This document shows positions 20,290-31,261 of a stretch of DNA of 64,000 bases, in pieces. The notes beneath the pieces are model-generated. The model was not told the origin of the DNA. It ran no database searches and saw only the letters and a program-made list of their open reading frames with translations. Numbering within the stretch: position 1 is the first letter of the stretch; each line of letters starts with the position of its first letter. This DNA comes from Syntrophaceae bacterium UBA6087 (GTDB lineage Bacteria > Desulfobacterota > Desulfomonilia > UBA1062), in assembly GCA_002448235.1 (NCBI GenBank), contig DIXF01000002.1, positions 249,706 through 313,705 on the forward strand. Direction: 5' to 3'. The position numbers were made by a program, and so were the translations under genes.

Positions 20290-22011
20290 CTATGTTCGCC
20301 TGATCTTTTCTTTCAGCTCGTCTATGGGCAGGCAGTTGAGGACGTCGCTTTTTTCCAGCCAGCCCCGACGCGCCTGATTGACTCCAAGACGCAGGTAGCC
20401 CAAGTCGTGGATGCTGTGGGCATCCGTTGAGATCGCGACCATAACGCCCAGATCTTTGGCCTGCTTGCAGTATATGTCGTTCATGTCGAGCCTGTCGGGG
20501 TGAGAATTGAGTTCGAGGAAACATCTTCTTTCGCGGGCGGCTTTCATGACCCGGCCAAGGTCTATCTCATAGGGCTTCCGTTCGTTGATGAGCCGTCCCG
20601 TGGGGTGTGCAAAAATGGTGAAGAATGGGTTGTCCATGGCCCTGATGACCCGTTCGGTCTGCTTGGATTCCGGAAGCTTCTGATAATAATGCACGGAACA
20701 AACCGTGAGATCGAGCGTTTTCAAAACCTCATCGGGATAATCAAGGGATCCGTCTTCCAGGATGTCGACCTCGGAAGATTTAAGGATCGTAATCTCAGGG
20801 TACCGGCTGCTGAGACGGTCGATCTCTTTCATCTGTTCCATGAGGGCATGCGTATCGATCCCGTGGGCGATGGTCGTTTTCGGAGAATGATTCGTTATGG
20901 CAATGTACTCATACCCCTTTTCGACTGCAGCCCGGACCATTTCTTCGAGGGTGTTCCGGCCGTCGGTTGCCGTTGTGTGGGTATGGAGATCGCCTCTGAT
21001 GTCACCCACCGTTACCAGCATGGGCAGCGTCCCTTTCTGCGCCGCTTCGATCTCGCCCCTGTCTTCCCGGAGCTCGGGCTCTATGTACGGGAGTCCTACC
21101 GAGAGATAGATTTCTTCCTCGGTGCGCCCTGCGATTTGTTTTTCGCCGTGAAATACGCCGTACTCGTTTATTTTTAAGTTTTTCTTCTGCCCCAGCTTGC
21201 GCACGGCAATGCTATGCTGCTTTGAGCCTGTGAAATAGTGGAGCGCGGCCCCATAGCTGATCCCAGTGACAACTCTCACATCCACCTGGAGCCCCGAACG
21301 CAAGAGAACCGTGGATCTGGTCGTTCCCTTGGATACGACTGCTGCCACGTCATCATATCCGGTGAAGGCAGTCATCACCTTTTCATGATCCGAGCAGATC
21401 ACGAGGATGTCGAGGTCTCCGACCGTCTCTCTTCTTCGACGGTAGCTTCCTGCAACCACGACCTCTGCCACCTCGGGCAGGGCTTTGAGTTTGCGCACAA
21501 TGGAGCGTGCCGTCTCGTCGGCAACGATATATTTCACCCGGTTCCCCAGATTAGCTCTGTTTGCAATATCTTCGAGTATCTTTTGCTCGATTTTGCTCCC
21601 GAAGCCCTCGATCTTGCTGATCTCCCCATGTAGTGCGGCTTCTTTGAGATCCGTTTCCGTTTTTATGCCGAGTCTGTTGTATATGGTGTGTATACGATTC
21701 GGGCCGAGGCCGCCGATGCCCATGAGCGAGCCAAGCTCTTCGGGGATCTGTTTTCCGATTTCATCGAGCTTGCTGAGCCTGCCCGTGCGGGTTATCTCTC
21801 CGATCTTGGCGGCCAGATCCTTCCCTATCCCCGGGAGCTCCGAGAGATCCTCTCCTTCCCGCACCATGTCCTCAATTTCCCGTGCCTGGGATTCGACGAC
21901 CCTGGCAGCGTTGCGGTAGGCCCGGACGCGGAACTGATTGGACCCCTGAATTTCCAGAAGATCGGCCATCTTATCGAGAACCTGTGCCACATCATGATTG
22001 TGCATAGGCAT
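20290..22011 (-). CDS. polX: DNA polymerase X family protein with a C-terminal PHP phosphoesterase domain (PolX)
   Basis: N-terminal helix-hairpin-helix/lyase region (QFRVRAYRNAARVV), Pol-beta palm, and C-terminal PHP His motifs (DLHTHTT..., HAHPT). Confidence 0.85.
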   Translation of the reverse strand: MPMHNHDVAQVLDKMADLLEIQGSNQFRVRAYRNAARVVESQAREIEDMVREGEDLSELPGIGKDLAAKIGEITRTGRLSKLDEIGKQIPEELGSLMGIGGLGPNRIHTIYNRLGIKTETDLKEAALHGEISKIEGFGSKIEQKILEDIANRANLGNRVKYIVADETARSIVRKLKALPEVAEVVVAGSYRRRRETVGDLDILVICSDHEKVMTAFTGYDDVAAVVSKGTTRSTVLLRSGLQVDVRVVTGISYGAALHYFTGSKQHSIAVRKLGQKKNLKINEYGVFHGEKQIAGRTEEEIYLSVGLPYIEPELREDRGEIEAAQKGTLPMLVTVGDIRGDLHTHTTATDGRNTLEEMVRAAVEKGYEYIAITNHSPKTTIAHGIDTHALMEQMKEIDRLSSRYPEITILKSSEVDILEDGSLDYPDEVLKTLDLTVCSVHYYQKLPESKQTERVIRAMDNPFFTIFAHPTGRLINERKPYEIDLGRVMKAARERRCFLELNSHPDRLDMNDIYCKQAKDLGVMVAISTDAHSIHDLGYLRLGVNQARRGWLEKSDVLNCLPIDELKEKIRRT

Positions 22012-22041
22012 GGTTGACTCCCTTGTATGAAATGTACGGAT

Positions 22042-23271
22042 CTAGATGCTGTGTTTCAAACGGTAGATAGTTTCGAAAGAAGAGAAGAGGTCGAGGTAAT
22101 CTTCCAAATTCCGGGTCATCAGAAAGTTGTCTCTCACCTGTTTTCGAGCCTCCTCTCCCAGTCTCCTGCGGAGAGATTCGTCACGGATCAGGCGGACGAT
22201 CCTGTCGGCAGCCTCTTCTATCGAGGATACCAGGAAGCCGTTGATGCCGTCTTTGATCTGATAGCGGATCCCCCCTGCATTCCCTCCAATTACCGCCGCC
22301 CCTTTCCACATCGCCTCGGTAACCGTGAGGCCGAATCCTTCCCGAAGCGACTTCTGCATAATCACCGCGGCTTTGCGCTGGAGCGCATTCACCAGAGCGG
22401 TATCCTGTCTGCTGATGATGACGATGTTTTCTTCCCTTTTGCTCAACAGCGAGTCGTACACCTGCTCTCCTTCGGGATCATCGGTGGCGATGTTTCCCAG
22501 CAGTACCAGGGTGCAGGGAATGTGTTTCCTGGCGATGTTGAATGCGCTGATCACGCCTTCGGGGTCCTTCCACCTGTCGAAGCGCGAGATCTGGGCAACA
22601 ATGGGCAGGTCGGTGGGGATATGGTAATAATCGAGCCGAGCTTGAACGTCTTCCTCACTCATCTCCCTGTTCTTGATGGAGAAAGGATCGATCGACGGTT
22701 TGAAAAAGAGCTGGGGGGTGGAGAGGTCCTGCCGGTATTCCTCAAGGGTGAAGATCGCCGCATCATAGCGTTCGATGAAGGGCCGTAAATAATTCCAGAG
22801 CTCCCGGTTGGGATTGGAGAGATCCACATGGCAGCGCCAGATCCAGGGGCCGTTTTTGCGGTAATGCTTGACTATGGGAAGGGGCTGGGGATCGTGAATG
22901 ATGACGAAATCATGGTCGTCCAGGTGATTGCGGATCGAGTTTTCAAAGATGATATCCTCGTATATCCGGCACTTACGATCCGAAAGATTGATATCGTCTC
23001 CCTGGAGTGCGTTATGCATTTTCTTTGTGATACTGAAGAAGTCCGCAGCGCCTTCCATTACGCGCCATCCTGTCTTGAGCCCAACGCTGTTCATCAGCAG
23101 GGTCAGCGGAGAAAGCACCTCGGCAACGCCTCCGCCGTAATACGTGGAGTTGATGTGGGCGATGTGCAGGTTTCCGAGCTTTTCAGCTTTTCCCCTGATC
23201 CGGGCGACAGCCTCCTCTCCGATATAGGGTTCATAATCCTCTACCGTTATCAGTTTAAATTTGTGATCCAT
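22042..23271 (-). CDS. treT: GT4 glycosyltransferase, TreT-like (trehalose glycosyltransferring synthase family)
   Basis: The N-terminus closely parallels archaeal TreT (EDYEPYIGEEAVARIRGKAEKLGNLHIAHINSTYYGGGVAEVL...FFSITKKMHNALQG). C-terminal GT4 E-x7-E region (EGFGLTVTEAMWKG). Confidence 0.7.
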   Translation of the reverse strand: MDHKFKLITVEDYEPYIGEEAVARIRGKAEKLGNLHIAHINSTYYGGGVAEVLSPLTLLMNSVGLKTGWRVMEGAADFFSITKKMHNALQGDDINLSDRKCRIYEDIIFENSIRNHLDDHDFVIIHDPQPLPIVKHYRKNGPWIWRCHVDLSNPNRELWNYLRPFIERYDAAIFTLEEYRQDLSTPQLFFKPSIDPFSIKNREMSEEDVQARLDYYHIPTDLPIVAQISRFDRWKDPEGVISAFNIARKHIPCTLVLLGNIATDDPEGEQVYDSLLSKREENIVIISRQDTALVNALQRKAAVIMQKSLREGFGLTVTEAMWKGAAVIGGNAGGIRYQIKDGINGFLVSSIEEAADRIVRLIRDESLRRRLGEEARKQVRDNFLMTRNLEDYLDLFSSFETIYRLKHSI

Positions 23272-23293
23272 TGGCTTTCCCCTTTCCCTTTGA

Positions 23294-24313
23294 CTAATCT
23301 TCACCTCGCAAGAATGCCGCATCTTCTTCGGGAAGATTGGTGTTTATGCTCATCCCTGAACCCATTTCAAACCCGGCCGTGGTGGTTATGCGCGGCTTGA
23401 TCTTGAGAAACCAGTGCAGGTGAGGTTCTTCCGAGCGGTATTTAATGCAGGAGCGTATCAGGTAATTATAGTCCGGGTTCCCAAGCCTCTCGAAGAGAAT
23501 CTTCAGCAGTGCATGATGAATGAAAGAGAGATCGGATTTCTCTTCATCGGAGATATTCCCGAAGTCGGCCTTATGGCGCCTGGGCATGATCCATATTTCG
23601 AAGGGCTGCTCGGCGGCGTAGGGCACGAAAGACACGAATGAACTGTTCTCGCCTATGGTGCGCCTCCCGTCTGCAAGTTCCTGTTTGAGGATGTCGCAGT
23701 AAATGCAGGTTCCCCGATCGTCGAAGTAGTGTTCTGCACGGCATTCCTGAGTACGGAGGTACTCGGGGGCGATGCCCGCCGTTATGATTTGCGAGTGCGG
23801 ATGCGGCAGTGATGCCCCCGATCGGGACCCTGAGTTCCTGAATATTATGGCGGCCATGTTCTGGTCCATCTTCATCAGGGACACGTACCGCCGGTGGTAG
23901 GATTCGATAACCGCTTCCACCTCCCGGTTTGACATGACAGCAAGCTGCCTGTTGTGGACAGGACTCTCGATAATGACCTCGTGGTGTCCGTATCCCGCCA
24001 TTGAGACGTGGAGGCCCTCTTTTTTTCTGTACTGGTCTCCCTCGGGGGTGAGGGCAGGGTACTTGTTTGCAACGGTGCGCGTCAGCCACTTCGAGCCGCG
24101 GCCCTTGTACTCCATGATGATTTCCGGGAGTCTGTCTTCATTGCCCGGACAGAACGGGCAGCTCTCATCATAGGCTGCCGGGCCTTTACCTTTCATCCCG
24201 TGGGTTAAGCTCTCTCTCGGCCTCTTCCTTCTTGACAGTGCATAAATTACCCACCCGCCCGTAATGGGGTTCCGTCGCATTTCGTTACCGGACTGAGCCG
24301 TGCTGCTCTTCAT
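23294..24313 (-). CDS. Galactose-1-phosphate uridylyltransferase family (GalT class I, HIT-like) nucleotidyl-sugar transferase
   Basis: Zinc ligands CPFCPGNE. Active-site HPHSQI (HxHxQ). AAAGGA Shine-Dalgarno. The stop is 22 nt before the treT start. Confidence 0.75.
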   Translation of the reverse strand: MKSSTAQSGNEMRRNPITGGWVIYALSRRKRPRESLTHGMKGKGPAAYDESCPFCPGNEDRLPEIIMEYKGRGSKWLTRTVANKYPALTPEGDQYRKKEGLHVSMAGYGHHEVIIESPVHNRQLAVMSNREVEAVIESYHRRYVSLMKMDQNMAAIIFRNSGSRSGASLPHPHSQIITAGIAPEYLRTQECRAEHYFDDRGTCIYCDILKQELADGRRTIGENSSFVSFVPYAAEQPFEIWIMPRRHKADFGNISDEEKSDLSFIHHALLKILFERLGNPDYNYLIRSCIKYRSEEPHLHWFLKIKPRITTTAGFEMGSGMSINTNLPEEDAAFLRGED

Positions 24314-24315
24314 GT

Positions 24316-25119
24316 TTATCCTTTCAGTAGTCCCGGCTGGCAGCAGGGACAGAAAACCGCACTCCTTCCCGAAATCCTCCTGTGCTTAAGACCCTCTGCA
24401 CACCTGGGACAGGCCGAACCCGGCTTTCTCGCCCGTATTATGTAATGATCCGGCATGAGAGCGGGATCTGCCCTGCACCGGATGGCGGTGGACAGCACGC
24501 TTCTGAGCGCGGTAAACAGCTGCCGGACCTTTTCCTCCGGAAGGGACCGTAAGTTCGAAACAGGGTTTATCCCCGACTGGAAAAGGATCTCGTCCGTATA
24601 TACGTTTCCGAGCCCTGCAATTACATGCTGATCCATGAGCACCGATTTGATCATGCCGCGTTTGGGCATGAGCGTCTTTTGAAAAAGGCCGAAGTCCATC
24701 CTGTCGTCGAGGGCATCGATCCCCAGGCCCTGCGTATGAATGAACTCGATGGGGGAAGAAATGAGATAGATCCCCCCGAGGTCCCTTCGGTTGATATATG
24801 CCAGGTGGTGCCCGTTGGAGAAGGAGAAGAGGATATTTGCATATTGCGGGTTCACATCGGGCTCCTGGAAGTACCGGAGCCCTCCTGTCATTCCGAAGTG
24901 CATGACGATCCACTGCTGTCCGTCCATGTTCACGAAGAGATATTTGCCGTATCGCGCTGTATCCGTCATATTCCTTCCCTTGAGATACTGCTCGAATTCT
25001 TCAACAGGCAGACCTTTCACCAGAAAAGGATCGAATACTCTCAAGCAAGCTATATCCCTGTGGAGAGATGTTTCGTGAAGATACTGCCGTAAACATTCAA
25101 TATCAGGCAGTTCAGGCAT
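24316..25119 (-). CDS. mutM: Formamidopyrimidine-DNA glycosylase / Nei family (Fpg/MutM)
   Basis: N-terminal MPELPDIE with catalytic Pro2/Glu3. C-terminal zinc finger CPRC...CPCC. AGGAGGA Shine-Dalgarno. Confidence 0.85.
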   Translation of the reverse strand: MPELPDIECLRQYLHETSLHRDIACLRVFDPFLVKGLPVEEFEQYLKGRNMTDTARYGKYLFVNMDGQQWIVMHFGMTGGLRYFQEPDVNPQYANILFSFSNGHHLAYINRRDLGGIYLISSPIEFIHTQGLGIDALDDRMDFGLFQKTLMPKRGMIKSVLMDQHVIAGLGNVYTDEILFQSGINPVSNLRSLPEEKVRQLFTALRSVLSTAIRCRADPALMPDHYIIRARKPGSACPRCAEGLKHRRISGRSAVFCPCCQPGLLKG

Positions 25120-25205
25120 CTTGAATCCTCCTTGATCCTAGGGTGCCTGCCGTACCTCGTCGATTGGATCGGGTTTGCGGCAGGGTTGGGAAAGACTCGA
25201 TTGTA

Positions 25206-25622
25206 TCAAGGTACTATCTTGAGGAGCTTTGCGTAAAATTCCAAACCGTTACCGGCAAGGGGGTGGTTGGCATTGATCGTCACCGACGCTTCCGAGACCT
25301 TCTGGACGATGCCTTTCAAGAGCTCTCCATCCGGCCGTATGATCTCCAGCCACGCTCCCACATCCGTTTTTCCGTCTTCCGGAAGCTCGGATTTTTCTAC
25401 TTCCCTGATCAGTTCCTCCCGATACACGCCGAATACCATCTGTGGCGGAACCCGTTCGGTGGCCGATTCTCCCGGCGACAAGCCGATGACTGCATCCTCG
25501 ACGGCAGGAAACACGTCTCCTTTTCCGATGGTAAACGTAAGTGGTGCACTCAGGATCGTTCCGTTTTCCATCAGTCCGGAAAAATCAATGATTACCGTAT
25601 CACCTTTCTGGGCTTTTTTCAT
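25206..25622 (-). CDS. slyD: FKBP-type peptidyl-prolyl cis-trans isomerase (SlyD-like)
   Basis: FKBP fold motifs (GDTVIIDFSG..., TFTIGKGDVFPAVEDAVIGLSPGE) and an IF-like insert. AAAGGAG Shine-Dalgarno. Confidence 0.8.
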   Translation of the reverse strand: MKKAQKGDTVIIDFSGLMENGTILSAPLTFTIGKGDVFPAVEDAVIGLSPGESATERVPPQMVFGVYREELIREVEKSELPEDGKTDVGAWLEIIRPDGELLKGIVQKVSEASVTINANHPLAGNGLEFYAKLLKIVP

Positions 25623-25646
25623 GGCAACTCCTTTCCCGTAATATGG

Positions 25647-26648
25647 TTACTGCACGAGATTTCCGGGCATCCCTCGGATAAAGGCATGGATATTTTCCAC
25701 TGTGGTATTGAGGATGTCGAGCAGCGCCTCCTGGGTATAGAATGCGCTGTGGGGCGTTATGTAGACGTTCCGCATGCGCAGCAGGACATGATCGGCCAGA
25801 AGGGTCTGCAGGTCATGGTCTCTCTGGAATATCGTCCTGACAAGCTCTGCCTCCTCGCGGATTACCGGCTCATCCGAGAGGACGTCCAGCCCTGCTGCGG
25901 AGATCTTGCCGGTGGACAGAGCCTCCACCAGTGCCTGTACATTTACGATAGGCCCGCGAGAAGTATTGATGATGACCGCGCCGTCCTTCATCAGACGAAG
26001 CTGCTCGTGCGAAACGAGATTTTTCGTTTTTTCGTTTGACGGGACATGCAGGGTGATAATGTCCGATGCCCTCAGGAGGTCGTCCAGGGAGAGGTAGGTA
26101 AATCCCAGTGAACGGGACAGGTTCTCATCCGGCCTGGCATCGAATGCGATCACCTCCATGGCGAATCCTTTAGCAATGCGGATCACGCATTGGCCGATAT
26201 GGCCTGTGCCTATCACGCCCAGGGTTTTTCCGTAAAGATCGAATCCTTTAAGTCCTTTGATAGAGAAATCACCTTTACGGGTGCGGTCAATGGCCTCGGT
26301 AAGGTGGTGGGATACGGTGAGGATAAGGCCGAAGACATGCTCTGCAACGGTGCACGACCCATAGGCCGGAACGTTTGATACCCGTATCCCGTGTGCCCTG
26401 CAGTAGGGCAGGGCGATGTGGTCGAATCCGGTGGAGCGGGTGGCGATGAACTTCAACGAAGGAATCTGTTTCAGCACCTCTTCGCCCAGTTCCGAGTATA
26501 TGAAGGTGGAGACTATCTCCGCATCGGCATACTGACCCGCATTGGATTCATTGAGGGCTTCTTCCCGGAAAAGGACATCATGGGTGCTTTTCAGCAACTT
26601 GTACAGATCCTGTTCCCAGTTTTCCGCTTCGAATATCGCTATCTTCAT
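25647..26648 (-). CDS. D-isomer-specific 2-hydroxyacid dehydrogenase (NAD-binding)
   Basis: GVIGTGHIGQ Rossmann motif. Catalytic R/E/H triad region (NTSRG...; TPHSAFYT). Confidence 0.85.
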   Translation of the reverse strand: MKIAIFEAENWEQDLYKLLKSTHDVLFREEALNESNAGQYADAEIVSTFIYSELGEEVLKQIPSLKFIATRSTGFDHIALPYCRAHGIRVSNVPAYGSCTVAEHVFGLILTVSHHLTEAIDRTRKGDFSIKGLKGFDLYGKTLGVIGTGHIGQCVIRIAKGFAMEVIAFDARPDENLSRSLGFTYLSLDDLLRASDIITLHVPSNEKTKNLVSHEQLRLMKDGAVIINTSRGPIVNVQALVEALSTGKISAAGLDVLSDEPVIREEAELVRTIFQRDHDLQTLLADHVLLRMRNVYITPHSAFYTQEALLDILNTTVENIHAFIRGMPGNLVQ

Positions 26649-26703
26649 AATTCCCCCTGGTGAAAAAATGGATGTACCGAAGAGATATTCCTCGTGCTGC
26701 CCT

Positions 26704-27633
26704 CTATGTGCTCATTCTCTCATAGAGCCTTTCGGTGTCCTCTTTCCGACATAGTTCGGTGCCCGGGGTCATGACTGCTGCGGCCCCTGCGGCTACCCCG
26801 AACCGCACTGCGTCGACGACCGAGAATCCCCGCGTCAGGCCGATGACTATCCCTGCCACCATGCTGTCTCCCGCTCCGACCTTGCTCACGATCTGCACCG
26901 TAGGCGCATGGATGCGTACGCACTCATCACTGGTTACGACCAGTGCGCCGGCCGCGCCGAGCGATATGGCGATGATCTCGACCGATCCCTTTTCAATAAG
27001 CTCCCGGGCACACCCCTCAATGGTTTGGTCGTCACCGATGTCCTTTCCGGAAATCATGCGCAGCTCGTTTAAGTTGGGCTTGATGAGGTACAACGGTAAT
27101 TTCAGGGAATGTCTCAAAGCCTGGCCGGAGGTGTCGACTATGCATTTCGCCCCCAGTCCGGCAGCTTTTTTGGCAAGATGGGCATAAAAATCATCGGGTA
27201 CTCCCGGCGGAAGGCTTCCGCTTCCGATGATATATTCCGGTGCGGAATGGAGCGAGTCCAGTTCGTCGAGCAAAGATTTCCACTCTTTTTCGCTTATGGT
27301 CGGTCCCGGCATCCCGAACCGGAATTGTTGTCCGCTTGACTCCTCAAGGATAATGAAATTCTCCCGGATTTCACCCGATATCGGTGTGGAACGGTAGTTC
27401 ACGCCATCCCTTTCGAGCAGGCCTTTAAGCATGTCTCCGAAATTTTTCCCGCCGGGAAAGACGGCAAGCGAGTCCCCGCCAAGCCGTGCGAGCGCACGGG
27501 ATACGTTGATGCCCCCTCCTCCCGGCTCGTGGCTCGGAGCAGAGCACCTGAGCTTGTGTTCAGCCATGACGTGTGGCACCCTCGTGTTCGTATCTATTCC
27601 GGGGTTTATGGTTAGGGTAACTATTCCACTCAC
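26704..27633 (-). CDS. PfkB-family carbohydrate kinase (1-phosphofructokinase/tagatose-6-P kinase-like); GTG start
   Basis: PfkB signatures (GGKGxN-like GGGINVSRAL; C-terminal DTVGAGD-like GAGDSMVAG). GGAGGA Shine-Dalgarno. Confidence 0.8.
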   Translation of the reverse strand: MSGIVTLTINPGIDTNTRVPHVMAEHKLRCSAPSHEPGGGGINVSRALARLGGDSLAVFPGGKNFGDMLKGLLERDGVNYRSTPISGEIRENFIILEESSGQQFRFGMPGPTISEKEWKSLLDELDSLHSAPEYIIGSGSLPPGVPDDFYAHLAKKAAGLGAKCIVDTSGQALRHSLKLPLYLIKPNLNELRMISGKDIGDDQTIEGCARELIEKGSVEIIAISLGAAGALVVTSDECVRIHAPTVQIVSKVGAGDSMVAGIVIGLTRGFSVVDAVRFGVAAGAAAVMTPGTELCRKEDTERLYERMST

Positions 27634-27655
27634 GTTTTCCTCCGTGAAAGGTTTT

Positions 27656-28546
27656 TTAAAGAGATCGTTCTCCTTCCTCGAGGGCGTTGAATCCCGATAT
27701 GATATCGAGCAGTTCCTCGGTAATCGAGACCTGCCGTTCCTGGTTGTACTGGTTTTTCAACTCGCCGAGCCTTTCCTTGATATTCTTTTCTGCCCCCTGC
27801 ATAGATGAGAGTCTTGCTGCGTTCTCGCTCGCCAAAGACTCAGTGAATGCGTTGAAAATGGATATATTGAGATGGTGTCTCACCAGGGCGGAGAAGAGCG
27901 TTTCGGCCTCCATGCGGAACACCGGCAAATTCCTGGTGGGCCAGGGTTTTCCGGTAAGGCTTTCCAGCCACTGTCTGTCAAGGGGCAGCAGCCGGAGCAT
28001 GCGGGGTTCATACGAAGCCCCTGAGATGTGGTGATTGTATTCGAGCAGGACCTGCCCAATCCTGTACCGGCTGTTCCATTGATCGATGGTTGTGATGATC
28101 TCCTGCACGGTGGGAGGCATACCATCAGGCGATAACGGCACCGGGATAAGGTCCTGTATCGGCAGGCCTTCACTCAGGAGGCGGGTATGAATCCTTTGTC
28201 CTACGCACAGGATCAGAACGTCCTGAGAGCTTATTTCATGGCTTTTGATGGTATTCAGGGTGTGCTCGGCGATCCTGTCGTTGAACTGTCCGCATAGCCC
28301 CTGATCCGATCCGAAAACCAGGATGCCGGTTGGGCCGGGTCCCTGCCGCTGGTCTTTTCCGGGGGGAAGGTTCCTGAGCAACCCGCGGAAAGCGAGCAAG
28401 ACCGCCCTGTTGTATTCCTTGAGAGATTCCTGGATCCTCTCGTATTCGCGGATGTTTACCGAAGCGAGGGCCTTCATGGTCTTGACCACGGAGAGGAGGT
28501 CTTCGGCAGTGTCATGCTTCTTTTTCAATACCTGGAGATCGGGCAT
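27656..28546 (-). CDS. atpG: N-ATPase gamma subunit (AtpG)
   Basis: N-terminus [10 protein letters not shown]...[13 protein letters not shown]-terminal [16 protein letters not shown]. Last gene of the operon. Confidence 0.8.
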   Translation of the reverse strand: MPDLQVLKKKHDTAEDLLSVVKTMKALASVNIREYERIQESLKEYNRAVLLAFRGLLRNLPPGKDQRQGPGPTGILVFGSDQGLCGQFNDRIAEHTLNTIKSHEISSQDVLILCVGQRIHTRLLSEGLPIQDLIPVPLSPDGMPPTVQEIITTIDQWNSRYRIGQVLLEYNHHISGASYEPRMLRLLPLDRQWLESLTGKPWPTRNLPVFRMEAETLFSALVRHHLNISIFNAFTESLASENAARLSSMQGAEKNIKERLGELKNQYNQERQVSITEELLDIISGFNALEEGERSL

Positions 28547-30101
28547 CTTCTTTCCTTTGGATATATGCATCCGCAGTCTCCCGGGCGATCCTGACGAGAG
28601 ACTGCCAGTCCTCGTCCGAAAGGTCTTTGTCGGATTCGATTCTTTCACAAATTTCCGGAAGGAGTTCTCTGACCGAGGATCTGATGGCCTTTTCCACGGA
28701 AGTGATGTCTTCCATAGGGATACGGTCGAATACTCCTCTGGTGACGGCAACGAGTACGGTGATCTGTTCACAGGGGCTCATGGTATCGTATTGAGACTGC
28801 TTTAGGGATTCTCTGACGCGACGTCCCCTCCCAAGGATGCTCAGCGTCTGTTCATCGAGCCTGGTGCCGATCCTGGAGAAGGTTTCGAGCTCTTCGAACT
28901 GGGTGTAGGAAAGCCTCAAGTCTCCCGCTACCACCCGATAAGCCCTGCGCTGGGCTTTGCCGCCGACCCGGGATACCGATCTGCCGACATCCACCGAGGG
29001 AAGCTGGCCTTTATGGAAGAGTTCGGGCGAAAGGTAGACCTGACCGTCGGTAATGGAGATGAGATTGGTGGGGATATATGCGGAGATATTCTGGGCCTGT
29101 GTTTCCACAATGGGGAGCGATGTCAGAGAACCGCCTCCGAGCGCATCATTCAGATGCCCCGACCGTTCGAGCAGGCGCGAGTGTATGTAGAAGATGTCTC
29201 CGGGAAAGGCCTCACGTCCGGGTGGTCGTCTCAGGAGGAGAGATATCTCGCGATAGATCCTCGCATGCCTGGTGAGATCGTCATATACGATCAGGACATC
29301 CCGGCCACTGTCCAGGAAATATTCGCCGACTGTCGTGGCGCTGTAAGGAGCGGTATACTGCAGGCCGGGGGGGTCTTCGCCCACGGCCGTCATTACCATT
29401 GTATAATCCATTGCGCCCTGTTTCGTGAGCTCGGAGACGACCTTGGCGATAAAAGAGCTCTCTTTCCCGATTGCGCAGTATATGCAGATGATGTCCTTGC
29501 CTTTCTGATTGATGATGGTATCCAGTGCGATGGCGGTCTTGCCGGTCTGGCGGTCGCCGATGATGAGCTCGCGCTGCCCTTTGCCGATGGGGATGAGCGT
29601 ATCGATCACCTTGATCCCTGTCTGCAGGGGTTCGGTAACCGGGAGCCGGTCCATGATATCGGGCGCCTTCCGCTCGACATACCGGTATTCGACGGCGGTC
29701 ACGGGGCCTTTGTTGTCACGCGGCCTGCAGACTGCATCCACGACCCTGCCGATCAATCCTTCGCCCACCGGTACCTCGAGAACCCGGCCTGTCCGGTGAA
29801 CCTCCATGCCCGAAGAAAGGTCGCTTCCTTCATCCAGCAGCACTACCCCCACACTGTCGATATGGATGTCGAAAGCGATCCCCAGCCTGTTGCCGGGAAA
29901 TCGGATGAGCTCTTCTGCCTGGACGCCGGGCAGCCCTTTTACCCGTGCGATCCCCTGCTCTACCTGGGTCAGAATGCCGGTCTTCAAGATCGTGAGCTCG
30001 GGCCGGTAGCCGTCCAGTACACTCCGGGTAAGAGGAGAGGTTTTTTCCACAACCCGTAAGATGTCGGCCAGCAGCGATAGTCCTCCTTCCGCTTCACTCA
30101 T
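28512..30101 (-). CDS. atpA: N-ATPase alpha subunit (AtpA)
   Basis: Walker A GDRQTGKT, plus the alpha signature. The start ATG overlaps the atpF stop (ATGAGTGA). Confidence 0.9.
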   Translation of the reverse strand: MSEAEGGLSLLADILRVVEKTSPLTRSVLDGYRPELTILKTGILTQVEQGIARVKGLPGVQAEELIRFPGNRLGIAFDIHIDSVGVVLLDEGSDLSSGMEVHRTGRVLEVPVGEGLIGRVVDAVCRPRDNKGPVTAVEYRYVERKAPDIMDRLPVTEPLQTGIKVIDTLIPIGKGQRELIIGDRQTGKTAIALDTIINQKGKDIICIYCAIGKESSFIAKVVSELTKQGAMDYTMVMTAVGEDPPGLQYTAPYSATTVGEYFLDSGRDVLIVYDDLTRHARIYREISLLLRRPPGREAFPGDIFYIHSRLLERSGHLNDALGGGSLTSLPIVETQAQNISAYIPTNLISITDGQVYLSPELFHKGQLPSVDVGRSVSRVGGKAQRRAYRVVAGDLRLSYTQFEELETFSRIGTRLDEQTLSILGRGRRVRESLKQSQYDTMSPCEQITVLVAVTRGVFDRIPMEDITSVEKAIRSSVRELLPEICERIESDKDLSDEDWQSLVRIARETADAYIQRKEDARSPGIEKEA

Positions 30102-30888
30102 GTGCGATCTCCCGCTCCCGGTGCTGACCGAAGGTATCGATAATGGACCGGGAGACCTTTTCCTCAATGTCCTCAAGAAACTGGTCTGCGTTCCAGCCGA
30201 CCTTGTATCCGTCGGCGCTCACTTCTATGCCCAGGCTCATAGCAGGGGAGTGCAGAAAGCGGACGGCAACGTTTTCGGAAAACACCTCTTTCAAGGTTTC
30301 CGAAATCGTGTGACGTACGGCGTGGTCCGGATCGAATGAGCTGGTGACGGTGAAAGTATTATCCCTTTTCCGGACAGCTGAAGCCAGATTATTTCTCTGA
30401 TCGGGATCGATTCCTTTCAATCGCTGTATGAAAACGTCAACCACTCCGGCTTCAATATCTTTTCCTGCAAGATCCCCGATGACGCGTTGCGCGATGCGGG
30501 TTGAGTCCTGAATGCTCATGAGCATAAGCCGCTCGGAGAGATCCTTTTTTTTCTGATCGAGGATATCGCGTTGCCGGATCATCTCTTTCCCGGCATCGTC
30601 TTGTGCCTGCCGGAGATATTCCTCACGCTTCCGGCCGGCCTCCAGAGCGGCCTCTCTCAAGATCTGCTCTTTCTGCTCCTGAAGTCTGACATTCTCCTGC
30701 CGGTATGCATCAAGCTCCTGCGCTGCCCGTTCCTGCTTTTCCTTTGCATCGTCGAGCTGGGCAGCGATCTGCTCTTTGCGTTCGCGCATGGCGGTCCTGA
30801 TCCGGCCGAAGAGGAAAAATCTCAGAAGCGCGACCAGGATCAGGAAATTGACTATCTGTGCGATTACGGTAAACCAGTCGATAATCAC
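30094..30888 (-). CDS. atpF: N-ATPase b subunit with a C-terminal delta (OSCP)-like extension. No separate delta gene is present.
   Basis: A single N-terminal TM helix, a long charged coiled coil ([29 protein letters not shown]...), then an approximately 100-aa delta-like C-terminal domain. Confidence 0.8.
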   Translation of the reverse strand: MIIDWFTVIAQIVNFLILVALLRFFLFGRIRTAMRERKEQIAAQLDDAKEKQERAAQELDAYRQENVRLQEQKEQILREAALEAGRKREEYLRQAQDDAGKEMIRQRDILDQKKKDLSERLMLMSIQDSTRIAQRVIGDLAGKDIEAGVVDVFIQRLKGIDPDQRNNLASAVRKRDNTFTVTSSFDPDHAVRHTISETLKEVFSENVAVRFLHSPAMSLGIEVSADGYKVGWNADQFLEDIEEKVSRSIIDTFGQHREREIAHE

Positions 30889-30930
30889 GCCGTCTCCTTA
30901 TTTAAGCCTCGGGGGCGTGTCTGTAAAGGA

Positions 30931-31200
30931 TCACCGGGATGCATAATAGTTCCAGAAGGGATTTGCAAAAATGAGGATCATGGACACGACAAGGCAGTAT
31001 ATGACCGTTGACTCTATCATTGCCAGGCCCACGAACAGGACCCTGCTCAAGGTCCCGGACTCGTCGGGCTGCTGGGCAATGGCGGTCATGGCCTGTGCCA
31101 CTGCCCTGCCTTCGCCCAGCGCGCTGCCGATTGATCCGATGCCTATGGTAATACCGGCGGTAAAGATCGATACGATCCCGACTAAGCTCAGTGCATCCAT
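30931..31200 (-). CDS. atpE: N-ATPase c subunit carrying the Na+-binding signature
   Basis: Two-helix hairpin. Helix 2 reads ...AMIESTVIYCL (E-S-T-x-x-Y, as in Ilyobacter tartaricus c subunit E65/S66/T67/Y70). Helix 1 carries an extra Glu (GEGRAVAQ). Confidence 0.85.
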   Translation of the reverse strand: MDALSLVGIVSIFTAGITIGIGSIGSALGEGRAVAQAMTAIAQQPDESGTLSRVLFVGLAMIESTVIYCLVVSMILIFANPFWNYYASR

Positions 31201-31261
31201 ACGATAACTCTCCTTTTCATATAAGGGAAAGAGGTGCGATCGTTTCTCATTCTTTCTGTTC

